Shown piece after piece: positions 1-9,500 of a stretch of DNA of 64,000 nt. Origin of the DNA: an uncultured bacterium. Lineage in GTDB: Bacteria; UBP4; UBA4092. Where the stretch lies: NCBI GenBank assembly GCA_964644695.1, contig CAZXWN010000014.1:1-64000 (forward strand), in the 5' to 3' direction. The position numbers and the translations under genes were made by a program. The first letter of the stretch is position 1; every line of letters begins with the position of its first letter. A model generated the notes under the pieces. It was given only the letters and a program-made list of their open reading frames with translations, did no database searches and was not told the DNA's origin.

Positions 1-216
1 GGTGATGGTTGCTTCTGTATTTTGTGCCAGAACCATTGTTTGAAAGCCTGTACCACAGCCTAAATCAGCAATCTTTGTTTTGTTTGAAAGATTTCTTCCA
101 ATAAAACCTAGCGCCCTGATGGTTTCTTCGGAACTACCAGGTCCCTGCCGTTCAAGTTCAGTAAAAAATTCATTAATGCGAGCGAAATCTAATTCGTGAA
201 TTGATATTTCTTCCAT
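1..216 (-). CDS. Class I SAM-dependent methyltransferase, 5' part (runs off the window edge)
   Basis: Manual translation MEEISIHELDFARINEFFTELERQGPGS...IADLGCGTGFQTMVLA; contains motif I DLGCGTG; AAGGAG RBS upstream. Confidence 0.85.
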   Translation of the reverse strand, partial: MEEISIHELDFARINEFFTELERQGPGSSEETIRALGFIGRNLSNKTKIADLGCGTGFQTMVLAQNTEATIT

Positions 217-239
217 TATTCATACTCCTTATCTTCTAA

Positions 240-881
240 TTAAACCTTTTGTTTTACTCCTTTATTTCCGTGGGCAGAGTTCCTTTCTATAAACTGCTCA
301 ATGTAAGCCGCTAATAAATTAGTGGCCTCTTTCTTGTCGGGTATTGTATCTGAGATACTTAGTAACAAATAAAATGGCGAGTAAAACTCAAGTGCAAGCT
401 GTTTCGGGTTGTTTTTGTTCCAAATACCTTCTTCCATCATTTCACGGAATAAATCTTCCATATAACTAACAGGTCCGCTTACAAGGCATTTTTGATACAG
501 TTCCGCCATTTCTGGATTTCTGTATTGCTCCAAAATCAACATTTTACGGAAATTACTAGCAAATTCATCTTCCGCCCAAAACTGAAACTGCGCCTCAGTA
601 AAAACCTTAATTTTACCCACAGTAGTATTGCGGTAGGCCAACGGTGATTTATCAAATGTTTCCTCCGGCACTTCATGCTTCTTCGCTCTTTCAACATCTA
701 TCTGATACATACGCTCCACAATACTGTCGAATATATCCCTCTTATTTTTATAATGTTTGTATAAGGCCCCTTTTGTAATACCAAGCTCGCCGGCAATATC
801 GCTAACTGAAGCAGCCTCATATCCATTCCGCGCAAACAAACGAAGCGCAGTATGTAAAATGTTTTCTTTAGTGCCTTCCAT
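240..881 (-). CDS. TetR/AcrR family transcriptional regulator
   Basis: N-terminal HTH TKENILHTALRLFARNGYEAASVSDIAGELGITKGALYKHY. Confidence 0.95.
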   Translation of the reverse strand: MEGTKENILHTALRLFARNGYEAASVSDIAGELGITKGALYKHYKNKRDIFDSIVERMYQIDVERAKKHEVPEETFDKSPLAYRNTTVGKIKVFTEAQFQFWAEDEFASNFRKMLILEQYRNPEMAELYQKCLVSGPVSYMEDLFREMMEEGIWNKNNPKQLALEFYSPFYLLLSISDTIPDKKEATNLLAAYIEQFIERNSAHGNKGVKQKV

Positions 882-901
882 CTAAAAACCCTCTCCATAA
901 A

Positions 902-950
902 GTAAACTACCGTTTACCCTTATTATAGTAAACAATCGTTTACTTATCAA
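902..950 (-). promoter_or_regulatory. sigma70 promoter of tetR overlapped by two palindromic operators
   Basis: Minus strand TTGATA(945-950)-17 nt-TATAAT(922-927); palindromes GTAAAC-N4-GTTTAC at 902-917 and AGTAAAC-N4-GTTTACT at 927-944. Confidence 0.8.
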
Positions 951-1003
951 TTTCCTTCATAAAAACGGAATTGCAAATTAAACGAATACTTTGATCATTC
1001 GCC

Positions 1004-1032
1004 AATCTGCAAACAGGAAAAGTTTGCAGATT
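1004..1032. repeat. Perfect 11-bp inverted repeat (hairpin)
   Basis: AATCTGCAAAC-AGGAAAA-GTTTGCAGATT. Confidence 0.6.
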
Positions 1033-1229
1033 TTAAAGACTTCCCTTGCAGCCCAAACCATAGATTACTTATTGGAGCAAACATATGTTTTTTGTGACCC
1101 AAATGAAGTATTTCTTTCCTTCCTATCCATGTTATGCAGGAATGGCAAACCAGTGCAATAAGGTAAATGATTACCGGGTAAAATTGTGGTTTTGGACCGA
1201 CCCGATTCATTTCTGCTTCGTCAGTGAGA

Positions 1230-1275
1230 ACGAAGAATCCACGGAGTTAGTCCGAGCTGGTCCGTGGATGATTCG
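1230..1275. repeat. Dispersed phased palindromic motif, copy A
   Basis: ACGAA gaatcc ACGGA gttagtccgagctgg TCCGT ggatga TTCG; same spacing as the copies at 46204 and 61609. Confidence 0.75.
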
Positions 1276-1359
1276 GAGGGTGGGTAAGGAAAAAAGGAAG
1301 TTATTTTACCGGGACAGGGTATCCGAATCAAGGATAATCGCTGTAAACTATTTGAGATT

Positions 1360-2580
1360 ATGTATAAAGAGTTATCTCATAAACTTTTCATAAAAGTAAT
1401 TCTAGCCTTCATGGTTTTGGTTTCCATTTGGAATATTGTCACGAATGGATTTATCCAGAGCATTGCCAGTCAGGGCGTTGATTTTATTGTTTATTACAAC
1501 TTCTCTCTGAACCCTGACCCCAGAGTCGCTCACACTGATCATCCCTGGTTTTTATATTTCCCGTCATGGTCCATCTTTTTCCGGCCCTTCCTCCTGTTCA
1601 GTTTCCCCGTTGCCAAAAACATCTGGGTATTGATAAATGGTTTGATTATCACTGGATTCATCTGTTGTGCGGGGTATCTGGTTCCCGGAGAGGGTAAATC
1701 TTCGAAATGGTTCTGGATGACCATTGGATGTTTATTGGCGCTGAATTTTCCACCACTCTGGGTCACCGTCCAAAATGGTCAAATCAATTTACTGGTTTTA
1801 GGATTAGTGACCGCCTCCTTCCTCGCCCGCCAAAAGGGATGGATACGAACTGCCGGCATCTGTCTGGGATTAGCCATCACCACTCGGTACACTCCCGCCT
1901 TTTTATTACTCTACTGGTTCATCAGTAAAGAATATCGGGTCATTTTCTGGAGTTTACTGACGGTTGGAGTCCAGGTCATCCTGTCGGTGATGGTCCTGGG
2001 ATGGCAGGTCCATATTGATTATTTCTTACTGGGTCAACACTATTCCCGATATGTTTTATCTCACCCAAACTATTTTGGAAATGTATCCTTTTATTCCCTT
2101 ATGTGTAACCTGCGTGAATGGGGTTATCTCCCCATGAAGTTTCCAGTCCTCCCTGTTCACTATCTCTGGGCATTATTTGTCGCCACTATGACAGGAACGG
2201 TTGCCAACCTCTCCCAAAAGAATAAAACTTCACCCCAACAAAATACTTTCGGGTTATTCATGGTAGCCCTCCCCCTGTTATCTTTCTTTGGAGAAACTCA
2301 TCAATACACCATCACCCTGCCCGGCCTGCTTTACCTGGCCTATATCTCCATAAAAAGACAACATCCTCTGGCCATCGTCGCATCTGTTGTCAGTCTGGTG
2401 GGAACCATCATTGCCTATTATGTCCCTTTCATCATCCGGACCAACTGGTTTACTCATCCTGAGATTTTCAGTTATTTCGATGGCATGGGAATGGTGATAA
2501 CCTGGGGGATTTATTGTTACCTGATTTATACCCAGGCCGACTTGGAGAAACAACCCAAACCAGAAGGGAGTCCCTGTTGA
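1360..2580 (+). CDS. GT87 (PimE-like/DUF2029) membrane glycosyltransferase
   Basis: Polytopic membrane protein with DFIVYY, FLYFP and NGQIN motifs. Confidence 0.75.
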   Translation: MYKELSHKLFIKVILAFMVLVSIWNIVTNGFIQSIASQGVDFIVYYNFSLNPDPRVAHTDHPWFLYFPSWSIFFRPFLLFSFPVAKNIWVLINGLIITGFICCAGYLVPGEGKSSKWFWMTIGCLLALNFPPLWVTVQNGQINLLVLGLVTASFLARQKGWIRTAGICLGLAITTRYTPAFLLLYWFISKEYRVIFWSLLTVGVQVILSVMVLGWQVHIDYFLLGQHYSRYVLSHPNYFGNVSFYSLMCNLREWGYLPMKFPVLPVHYLWALFVATMTGTVANLSQKNKTSPQQNTFGLFMVALPLLSFFGETHQYTITLPGLLYLAYISIKRQHPLAIVASVVSLVGTIIAYYVPFIIRTNWFTHPEIFSYFDGMGMVITWGIYCYLIYTQADLEKQPKPEGSPC

Positions 2581-3800
2581 ACCCACAAACCCCTTTCTAT
2601 CAAAAACCCTTGTTTATATGGATGTTAGGTCTGGTTACTCTCATCAATTTTGGATATAACGGGATATGGGGAACCATCAATAATATCAGTATTGATTTCG
2701 GGATTTATTACGGCTGGGCGCAGCACATCCGAGACGGATATCCCTATATTATGAATGTAAAAAACGCCCACCACATGTCGTTTTATTATCCGCCCTTCTG
2801 GGGATTGATATTACAACCCTTTCTCTGGCTCCCCAATTTCAACTGGGCCCGGATGGTTTGGTTAATCATTAATCTGGGATTTATGGGACTCACCGTTGCC
2901 ATGTTCCAATCCTGGTTAAAAACCAGTCCCCTCTATCAGTATCCCTGGTATAGATGGGGACTCCTGTTAATGTTATTGAATTTCAGCCCCATGTTTGATT
3001 CTCTTATTCGTGGACAGGCCAATTTCATTACCCTGTTTCTTCTGGTATCAATGGCGTGGTTTTACTCCCGGAACCGTTACTGGGAAACAGGCCTTGCCCT
3101 GTCACTGGCCATCATGATCAAACTATTGCCCCTGGTCTTTATTATTTACTGGATATGGAAGAAAGAAACCAGAGTCTGGGTATCCACCCTCCTCGGCACT
3201 TTGGGATTAGCCCTGATATCATGGATAGCTTTGGGGACTCAGGCACACTTGAAATTTTTAACGGACACCCGGCTTTATGTCGAGTTTGTTAAAATCCACT
3301 GGATGCATCAGGGAAACATTTCCCTCTATGCCCTGCTCCGGGAAGGACAGGCCCAACATGTCATTCCCAGTTTCATATCCACTTATGGAATGGCTATTGG
3401 AGTTGCTGTGGGGATCGCCCTCCTGATGGCTGTGAAGGTCTCCCGGAAACCTGTCGCCTTGAAACAAACCCTGTTAGAAAATGGACTTCTGGCAACCAGT
3501 ACTTTTCTGGCAGTCGCTTACTGTGAACATCATCAATTTTTACTGGCGTTTCTTGGTTATGCCGTTATCTGGAAATACTGGGACTCTATTGATTCTGTCT
3601 GGCCCAAAATCAGCCTGGCCTTGTCATGGATACTTATTTCATCTGGATTTCAAATGGATAATTTAGATATTCCAGACCGGGTTTTTAATAACTATTTCCT
3701 TTCCATCTTTACTTCTTTATATGGTGTTTTGGTTCTGTGGACAGGTCTGGCTGTTGCTTTGTGGTTCCATCCCAAAACTTCCAAGGAAAAGGACCTGTAA
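2577..3800 (+). CDS. GT87 (PimE-like/DUF2029) membrane glycosyltransferase
   Basis: IDFGIYY, FYYPPF, RGQAN and IKLLP motifs; TTG start at 2577 overlaps the upstream stop, with an AAGGGAG RBS. Confidence 0.8.
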   Translation: MNPQTPFYQKPLFIWMLGLVTLINFGYNGIWGTINNISIDFGIYYGWAQHIRDGYPYIMNVKNAHHMSFYYPPFWGLILQPFLWLPNFNWARMVWLIINLGFMGLTVAMFQSWLKTSPLYQYPWYRWGLLLMLLNFSPMFDSLIRGQANFITLFLLVSMAWFYSRNRYWETGLALSLAIMIKLLPLVFIIYWIWKKETRVWVSTLLGTLGLALISWIALGTQAHLKFLTDTRLYVEFVKIHWMHQGNISLYALLREGQAQHVIPSFISTYGMAIGVAVGIALLMAVKVSRKPVALKQTLLENGLLATSTFLAVAYCEHHQFLLAFLGYAVIWKYWDSIDSVWPKISLALSWILISSGFQMDNLDIPDRVFNNYFLSIFTSLYGVLVLWTGLAVALWFHPKTSKEKDL

Positions 3801-3804
3801 TATT

Positions 3805-5664
3805 ATGCTGTCCCCGGTCATCGCAGGGTGGATCATTTGGATTGCCTGGTATCTGGGGGATGTCACACTGGGACTTTGGGGACTCCGTCAACCGGGGAGT
3901 TATCGAGGCCCTGTTATTTCGATTACTCTGGGATTCTGGGAAATATGTCTGACTGTTTTTGGATTGGGGTACCTCCATCTTTTGTATCCCGTCGTATTAT
4001 GGGGATTCTCCGGTTTAATCACCCTGACCGCCATACCCCGATTTTCTGCGGGGAAAGCTCAACTTTACGCCTTCATTAAAACGGTAAGGACTCATTTTTC
4101 AACCCGGTCTTTTCATATTCCCGCCATTTTCCTGTTCACCACAATTTTCCTGAATCTGCTTTCTACCCTGACACCGGAACTTCGGCAGGATGCCCTTCAA
4201 TACCATGTTACCGTTCCCCATATTTACCTGCTGCATGGGATCATCTTCGACATTCCAAACCTGATGTATCATTTCTATTCCATGAATCAGGAGATGTTAT
4301 ATCTCCTGGCACAGGCTTTAGATGGGGATTATACGGCAAAGATACTTCACGCCTTTATGTCCATACTGTCTGCCTGGGCCGTTTATGGAATAACTCGTGA
4401 AAGTTTCCCCAAACCTTCACGAACACCCTGGCTGGCAGCGTCTGTCTTTTTCATGCTGCCACAGGTGGCGTGGATGTCGATGACTACTTACCATGAGAAT
4501 GGTTGGATGCTCGCGGGAATGTCGAGTATCCTGGCATGGTTTTCCTGGCGAGAGTCTCAGGACATTCGATATCTGGGGTTGGCTGGATTATTGGCGGGTA
4601 TGGGTATCGCCATCAAAATAATCTCCGTGATATATGCCCCCTTCATTCTGGGGCTGGCAACAATTATTGTCCTGTTCAAAAACAGGAGTTCACTTAAAAC
4701 ATGGGTCGGCTCTCTTTCTCTATACAGTCTTTGTGTCATCCTCCCATTGCTCCCCTGGTTGATTCGTCACTGGATATATACTCGAAATCCAATATTTCCA
4801 TTATTCGGTGATAAATTACCCCTTTATCCGGATTACCAGGCCGCTGCTAATGGATTTTCATCACTTCGGCACATGAATCCCCTGATGAGTATTCCTGACT
4901 TTATCAACCACAGTATAACGGTGTTTTCGGGAATCGCAATCAATGGTAATTATATGTTGATGTTGTTTGCCGGTAGTGTTCTGGCAGTACCTTTTCTCTG
5001 GAAACATGTGGGTTCCAAAGTTCGGTTTTTAATGTTTTTCAGTATCACGGCCTGGATATTGTATTTGTACATGGAAGGAGGATTGGATGGCCGATTCATC
5101 TATCCCATTTATCCGGTCATGGCGGCAGCCTCCATCTCCATTCTTTCGGCAGGAATCCGAAAGCCGCAATTATCCAGTTTAAAAATCAATCATTATGCCG
5201 ACTGGTTTTGTTTAGTGTTATTCAGTTTATTCCTGTTTGGAAAATGGGGCGTTCATCAGGATATGCACGATAGTTTATATCCCCTCCTGACTCAGAATTC
5301 CATTAAAAGGGAACTGAAATCCGAACTTCCCCTGTATCCAGCCATGGAATATATCAATCAGAATACACCGAGGGATTCTATGGTACTCATGCCCACTAAT
5401 TATTCTGCCCGGTACCTTGATCGGCCTTTCTATTCGGGAAGTGAATTTGAACCTTCCCCCATGCAGTTATTACTTTCTAAAAACCAAAAGGCTGAGGACC
5501 TCCAGACAAAATTAGAAGAATGGCAAATCAACTATATAGTTGTCCGGAAAATGGACCCCGATCAGAATAAATCTACTGTATGGATACAATGGCTTAAATT
5601 ACATGGTAAAATCGTGCACAGTGACAACCAGTATTGGGTTGTTCAGATTATCTCTTCAACTTAA
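3805..5664 (+). CDS. GT-C superfamily (ArnT/PMT-like) membrane glycosyltransferase
   Basis: DALQYH first-loop motif, many TM helices, NPIFP and RFIYP motifs, soluble C-terminal domain; ATG at 3805 follows the upstream stop. Confidence 0.75.
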   Translation: MLSPVIAGWIIWIAWYLGDVTLGLWGLRQPGSYRGPVISITLGFWEICLTVFGLGYLHLLYPVVLWGFSGLITLTAIPRFSAGKAQLYAFIKTVRTHFSTRSFHIPAIFLFTTIFLNLLSTLTPELRQDALQYHVTVPHIYLLHGIIFDIPNLMYHFYSMNQEMLYLLAQALDGDYTAKILHAFMSILSAWAVYGITRESFPKPSRTPWLAASVFFMLPQVAWMSMTTYHENGWMLAGMSSILAWFSWRESQDIRYLGLAGLLAGMGIAIKIISVIYAPFILGLATIIVLFKNRSSLKTWVGSLSLYSLCVILPLLPWLIRHWIYTRNPIFPLFGDKLPLYPDYQAAANGFSSLRHMNPLMSIPDFINHSITVFSGIAINGNYMLMLFAGSVLAVPFLWKHVGSKVRFLMFFSITAWILYLYMEGGLDGRFIYPIYPVMAAASISILSAGIRKPQLSSLKINHYADWFCLVLFSLFLFGKWGVHQDMHDSLYPLLTQNSIKRELKSELPLYPAMEYINQNTPRDSMVLMPTNYSARYLDRPFYSGSEFEPSPMQLLLSKNQKAEDLQTKLEEWQINYIVVRKMDPDQNKSTVWIQWLKLHGKIVHSDNQYWVVQIISST

Positions 5665-5679
5665 ACCAGGAGTGAAATC

Positions 5680-6579
5680 ATGAAGTTTCGAGTTCTATTG
5701 TTCCTTCTACTATGTGTCATAACAAATGGGTTATGGGCCAATGAGGCTACATTAGACTGGCAAACTACGGCCTATGGGAAGTTTGCACTGGTCTATATGA
5801 AACAGGCTCCTTTTCCACATGAAAGCCGTAAAAATGGTTTCACTGTCAATTCAACCGTTTATTCATTTGAAGAACATTACAACAACAGTACTGTTGCGAT
5901 TATTATTCCGAAGGGATATGTTCCCCGAAATGATGCTAATGTAATCGTTTATATTCATGGGAATATGGCTTGTCTCGACCGCGTCTTATCCGTACATCAG
6001 TTGGGTGAACAGTTAGACGCCAGTAAGAAACAGGCTATTCTGATTATCCCTCAGGGTCCTTATAAAGCACCCGATTCCACGGATGGAAAACTGGATGACC
6101 CGGATGGGGCAAAGAAGCTTATTGATGAAGCACTGAGTCTGCTTCAATCGGATTCTTCAGTATCACTGAATAAAAAGCCACTTAAACTAAAGAAGGTTAT
6201 TATCATGGGACATTCCGGAGCCTATTACACTTTGGGCAGTATCGTCAATAAGGGTGGAGTGAATGTCAGTGAGGCCTATTTGCTGGATGCTACTTATGGT
6301 CAATTATCCTGCTTTGCCACCTGGGCCCCAAAATCCAACCATCGACTGATATCCATTTTTACGCAACATCTGGCCTGGAGAAATACGGAATTAATGGCTC
6401 TTCTGAGCAAGACCCGGACCCCTTTTAAGATATGTGTTGATAATGAAGCTGACCCGTCCATCTTCAAAAATAACCGGATACTCTTTATTCCAACAGCCCT
6501 TACTCATGTGCAGGTTCCTTATGAATCCAAGCTGGTGGAACGCGCTCTAAAGACTTCGAAACTACCTGATATTCGGTAG
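5680..6579 (+). CDS. Secreted alpha/beta-hydrolase fold protein
   Basis: Signal peptide; IVYIHG, GHSGAY nucleophile elbow, LLDATY and a C-terminal His. Confidence 0.6.
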   Translation: MKFRVLLFLLLCVITNGLWANEATLDWQTTAYGKFALVYMKQAPFPHESRKNGFTVNSTVYSFEEHYNNSTVAIIIPKGYVPRNDANVIVYIHGNMACLDRVLSVHQLGEQLDASKKQAILIIPQGPYKAPDSTDGKLDDPDGAKKLIDEALSLLQSDSSVSLNKKPLKLKKVIIMGHSGAYYTLGSIVNKGGVNVSEAYLLDATYGQLSCFATWAPKSNHRLISIFTQHLAWRNTELMALLSKTRTPFKICVDNEADPSIFKNNRILFIPTALTHVQVPYESKLVERALKTSKLPDIR

Positions 6580-6582
6580 GAA

Positions 6583-6861
6583 TCAGTGTTTTTTGCGGCC
6601 GGAAACAACAGCGACGACCAACACAAATAATACAGCGCCCATCAGTGACCATAGGAGCGGAAAGTTCTTTCCTGCAATTTGCAGGGGGAAAGGTTCCGGC
6701 AACCCTAGTTTCATACTTAACAGGGTGCCCAGGAGTGAACCCAACCAACCAATCCCGACGGTAACAAGACAACCGCTGCGGCTCAATCCAACAATTTCCT
6801 TAGCCACTGAGCCGACAGCAAAAGCAATCAGCATTAATAATAGAAATCCGGTAATTGTCAT
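6583..6861 (-). CDS. GlsB/YeaQ/YmgE family (transglycosylase-associated) small membrane protein
   Basis: 92 aa, three Gly-rich TM segments, LLWSLMGAVLF. Confidence 0.75.
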   Translation of the reverse strand: MTITGFLLLMLIAFAVGSVAKEIVGLSRSGCLVTVGIGWLGSLLGTLLSMKLGLPEPFPLQIAGKNFPLLWSLMGAVLFVLVVAVVSGRKKH

Positions 6862-6890
6862 TATTTACTACCTCAAAGAATGAATAAAAT

Positions 6891-6923
6891 AAAAAAGCCC
6901 TCAAATCCTTGAGGGCTTTTTTT
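6891..6923 (-). terminator. Intrinsic (bidirectional-type) terminator ending the pilin operon
   Basis: AAAAAAGCCCTCAA-atcc-TTGAGGGCTTTTTT. Confidence 0.85.
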
Positions 6924-6935
6924 CATTAAGCAATC

Positions 6936-7514
6936 TTAGTTACGATTTCGTTCATCACCATACCAGTTGTTCACATCATCCACATCAGTACCTGCCAGAG
7001 TCGTTAAACCTGTCTTGGCATTTTTCCCTTTACTGTAAATCTGGAAGGTATAGGGATTATAGTATTGCTCTGCAGCTAAGGCAGAGGGTGGATTAGGATT
7101 AAGGGTTCCATCGCTGCCTGCATAATCCGAGGCTCTCACATATTGATAAGGATTACCCCATGGATCCAATAATTGATAGGTCGTACCGGATACTTCAATC
7201 CGGTCTTCACGCACCTGGATATAAGGACCTTTCCAAGTCACTGTGCCCGTACTGTAAAGCAAGGCTTTCGTGGCATTTTCAATCCCAGATGGAGGATATT
7301 CCCCAATGTCATTTTTATAGGATTCTACGGCTGTCGAAAACATATTGATATCGGCTAAAGCCTGGGTATATTTTGCATCTGTCACTCGGCCGGTCACCAC
7401 CGGAATCAACACACTGGCCAGAATTCCGACAATCAACAGCACGACGGTCAATTCAACAATGGTGAAGCCATCCACTCGGGATAGTAATTTTGGGCTATTG
7501 GGTTTCCTCATCAT
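6936..7514 (-). CDS. GspG-like major pseudopilin (most canonical copy)
   Basis: G|FTIVE prepilin site, DIGEYP, WKGPY, DPWGNPYQY, DDVNNW. Confidence 0.9.
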   Translation of the reverse strand: MMRKPNSPKLLSRVDGFTIVELTVVLLIVGILASVLIPVVTGRVTDAKYTQALADINMFSTAVESYKNDIGEYPPSGIENATKALLYSTGTVTWKGPYIQVREDRIEVSGTTYQLLDPWGNPYQYVRASDYAGSDGTLNPNPPSALAAEQYYNPYTFQIYSKGKNAKTGLTTLAGTDVDDVNNWYGDERNRN

Positions 7515-7546
7515 AATGTCACATCCAGTCCGTCATATTTGCTGTA

Positions 7547-8212
7547 TTAATTGAATGAATAGAATAAATCATCATCAGTATTGCCTGTGGAATCTTTTCC
7601 CCAGCTCACAATGGCATATCGGCCAATGGTACTGATGGAGAATCCGGTACCACCCACGGTACCCCGTGAATCAATTTCCCGACCATCTTTGCTCAGGAAC
7701 CGATACGGGCCACCCCATGGGTCTGTGGGAATATCTGCACCCAAGACTCCATCGTTATACTTTCGGCCTGCCTGATATTCCAAATAGGGGCCTTTCCACC
7801 GGCCACTAAAGATTGTATCTGTGCTCAAAGTTGAGCGACCGGCCAGCATATCCCGGATATTCCGTACAGCATCAAGGTCCGGATTTGCACCTGTCGCTGG
7901 GTCAACAATAAGGAAGTTGGCATGATCACCAATAACATCCGCATTAGATACGGATGCCGGAGCAACCGGCAAGTCATCCAATACGGTCAGTGGTACAAAG
8001 TACCCATACTGGATCTCAACCTGTTTCTCTGCATCAGCAATCTGACGCATTTCATGTAACGCCGCTGTTTTCTTGGCCTCATCATTCCGCTTACTGAAAG
8101 TAGCGGTCACGATAAAGGTCAGGATACTCAGGATGACGATGACCGCAATTAACTCGATCATTGTGAAACCACGGCGGTCATGTCTTATACTTAGATTCAT
8201 CATCATCACCAT
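7547..8212 (-). CDS. GspG-like pilin paralogue
   Basis: G|FTMIE, WKGPY, DPWGGPY, SWGKD...DDDLFYSF. Confidence 0.88.
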   Translation of the reverse strand: MVMMMNLSIRHDRRGFTMIELIAVIVILSILTFIVTATFSKRNDEAKKTAALHEMRQIADAEKQVEIQYGYFVPLTVLDDLPVAPASVSNADVIGDHANFLIVDPATGANPDLDAVRNIRDMLAGRSTLSTDTIFSGRWKGPYLEYQAGRKYNDGVLGADIPTDPWGGPYRFLSKDGREIDSRGTVGGTGFSISTIGRYAIVSWGKDSTGNTDDDLFYSFN

Positions 8213-8221
8213 CCTGTAGGT

Positions 8222-8845
8222 TTAAAATCTGTAAATAATGTCGTCACCCTGGCCAGGTAATGTGCCACGGTCACCCGGGGAACCATCACGACCATAACTG
8301 ACAATGGCATACCGGTCGAGGATATTGCTGTAATCTGTTTCGCCCGGAACGGGGTTAGATAACTGTGTAGGTGTAAAAAGTTTCCAAGGTCGGCCCCAAG
8401 GATCTAGAGGACTTCCATAACTGCCAATAGACACATCAGAACCCGTAGTATCAACACTTTGATAATTGATATAAGGTCCCTTCCAGTTTCGTGTATCAAT
8501 TCGCTGGTAATACCAGTTGCCAAGGGTATCAAAAGCATACGGTGCCGGTTCATCACCGATACGATACTGTTTCAAACCATTGGTTTCAGTGATTACAGAA
8601 CCGCTTCCCGGATAATCATCCAGAGCACGAAGTGTGACAAACCATCCTGTATCAATTTCAGCCTGTCGCATTCCGTCGGCAATAGCCTTTGCTTCAGCTC
8701 GGGCCGCGTTTGACCGGGCATCCTCGCTTCGTTCCGTATAACGATTTACGGCAATCAAACTGATAATACTGAGAACAGTCAGAGCTATCAGTAATTCCAA
8801 CAGCGAGAAACCCGCTTTTTTGTTGTGTGTTGATTTAAAGGTCAT
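8222..8845 (-). CDS. GspG-like pilin paralogue
   Basis: Start revised to ATG 8845 (GGAGG RBS); G|FSLLE, WKGPY, DPWGRPW, SYGRDG...GDDIIYRF. Confidence 0.88.
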   Translation of the reverse strand: MTFKSTHNKKAGFSLLELLIALTVLSIISLIAVNRYTERSEDARSNAARAEAKAIADGMRQAEIDTGWFVTLRALDDYPGSGSVITETNGLKQYRIGDEPAPYAFDTLGNWYYQRIDTRNWKGPYINYQSVDTTGSDVSIGSYGSPLDPWGRPWKLFTPTQLSNPVPGETDYSNILDRYAIVSYGRDGSPGDRGTLPGQGDDIIYRF

Positions 8846-8882
8846 GGACACAGCCTCCACATCAGATCTTGTCAATTCGTTT

Positions 8883-9479
8883 TTATCGCTCATAAAGGAT
8901 ATCATCACCCTGGGCAGGACCCCACGGCATACTGGTTGTAGAATCAAATCGTAAATTGGGTCCAGCACTCCATACCCGGATCTTTGAACCCGATTCAGTT
9001 TCACTGGACAACGAAGTCAAAGTAACCGGTCCATAGAATATATAGCGCTGTTTCCAAGGATCAAGGGGCCAATAGGAACTTTCTTCCAGTAATTCTGATC
9101 TTTGGAATGTCAGATAAGGGCCCTTCCAGTTTTGAACGGTATTAATCACAAATCCCGTTCCAACTTCCGGGTCAATATTCTTTCCATTGTCCCGCCAGTT
9201 ATAGAAATCCCAAGTAGTAACAATATTAAAACCAAGGCGCTCATTCCCAACTAAGTTACCTAAATGGAAGTATTGACCTGCCTGGGCGTAGGCATAAGCT
9301 TCTGCATCCGCTATTCTTGCCATTTCTTCTTTTGCGCGAGAAATGCGGGCTTCTTCAGTATGGCTCCAGAACTTGGGAATAGCAATTAAGGAGAGAATTG
9401 CAATGATAGCTACAACAGTAATGATTTCCGCTGCTGTAAAACCTCGGTTATCCAGATTCATTGATAGGTGTCGGTTCAT
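8883..9479 (-). CDS. GspG-like pilin paralogue
   Basis: G|FTAAE, WKGPY, DPWKQRY, SAGPN...GDDILYER; start is uncertain (9479 or 9461). Confidence 0.85.
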   Translation of the reverse strand: MNRHLSMNLDNRGFTAAEIITVVAIIAILSLIAIPKFWSHTEEARISRAKEEMARIADAEAYAYAQAGQYFHLGNLVGNERLGFNIVTTWDFYNWRDNGKNIDPEVGTGFVINTVQNWKGPYLTFQRSELLEESSYWPLDPWKQRYIFYGPVTLTSLSSETESGSKIRVWSAGPNLRFDSTTSMPWGPAQGDDILYER

Positions 9480-9500
9480 TAGAGTTTCATCCTTCAACCG

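Noticed and set aside
1004-1032. c-di-GMP-I riboswitch (GCAAAC...GAAA hairpin)
   Set aside because: No second stem or tetraloop-receptor; it is only a simple inverted repeat
1230-1275. CRISPR repeat interpretation of the dispersed motif
   Set aside because: Copies are isolated, tens of kb apart, with no repeat-spacer array and no cas genes
8846-9004. N-terminal extension of the 8222..9004 ORF
   Set aside because: It overlaps the upstream pilin gene; the GGAGG RBS and prepilin leader place the start at 8845
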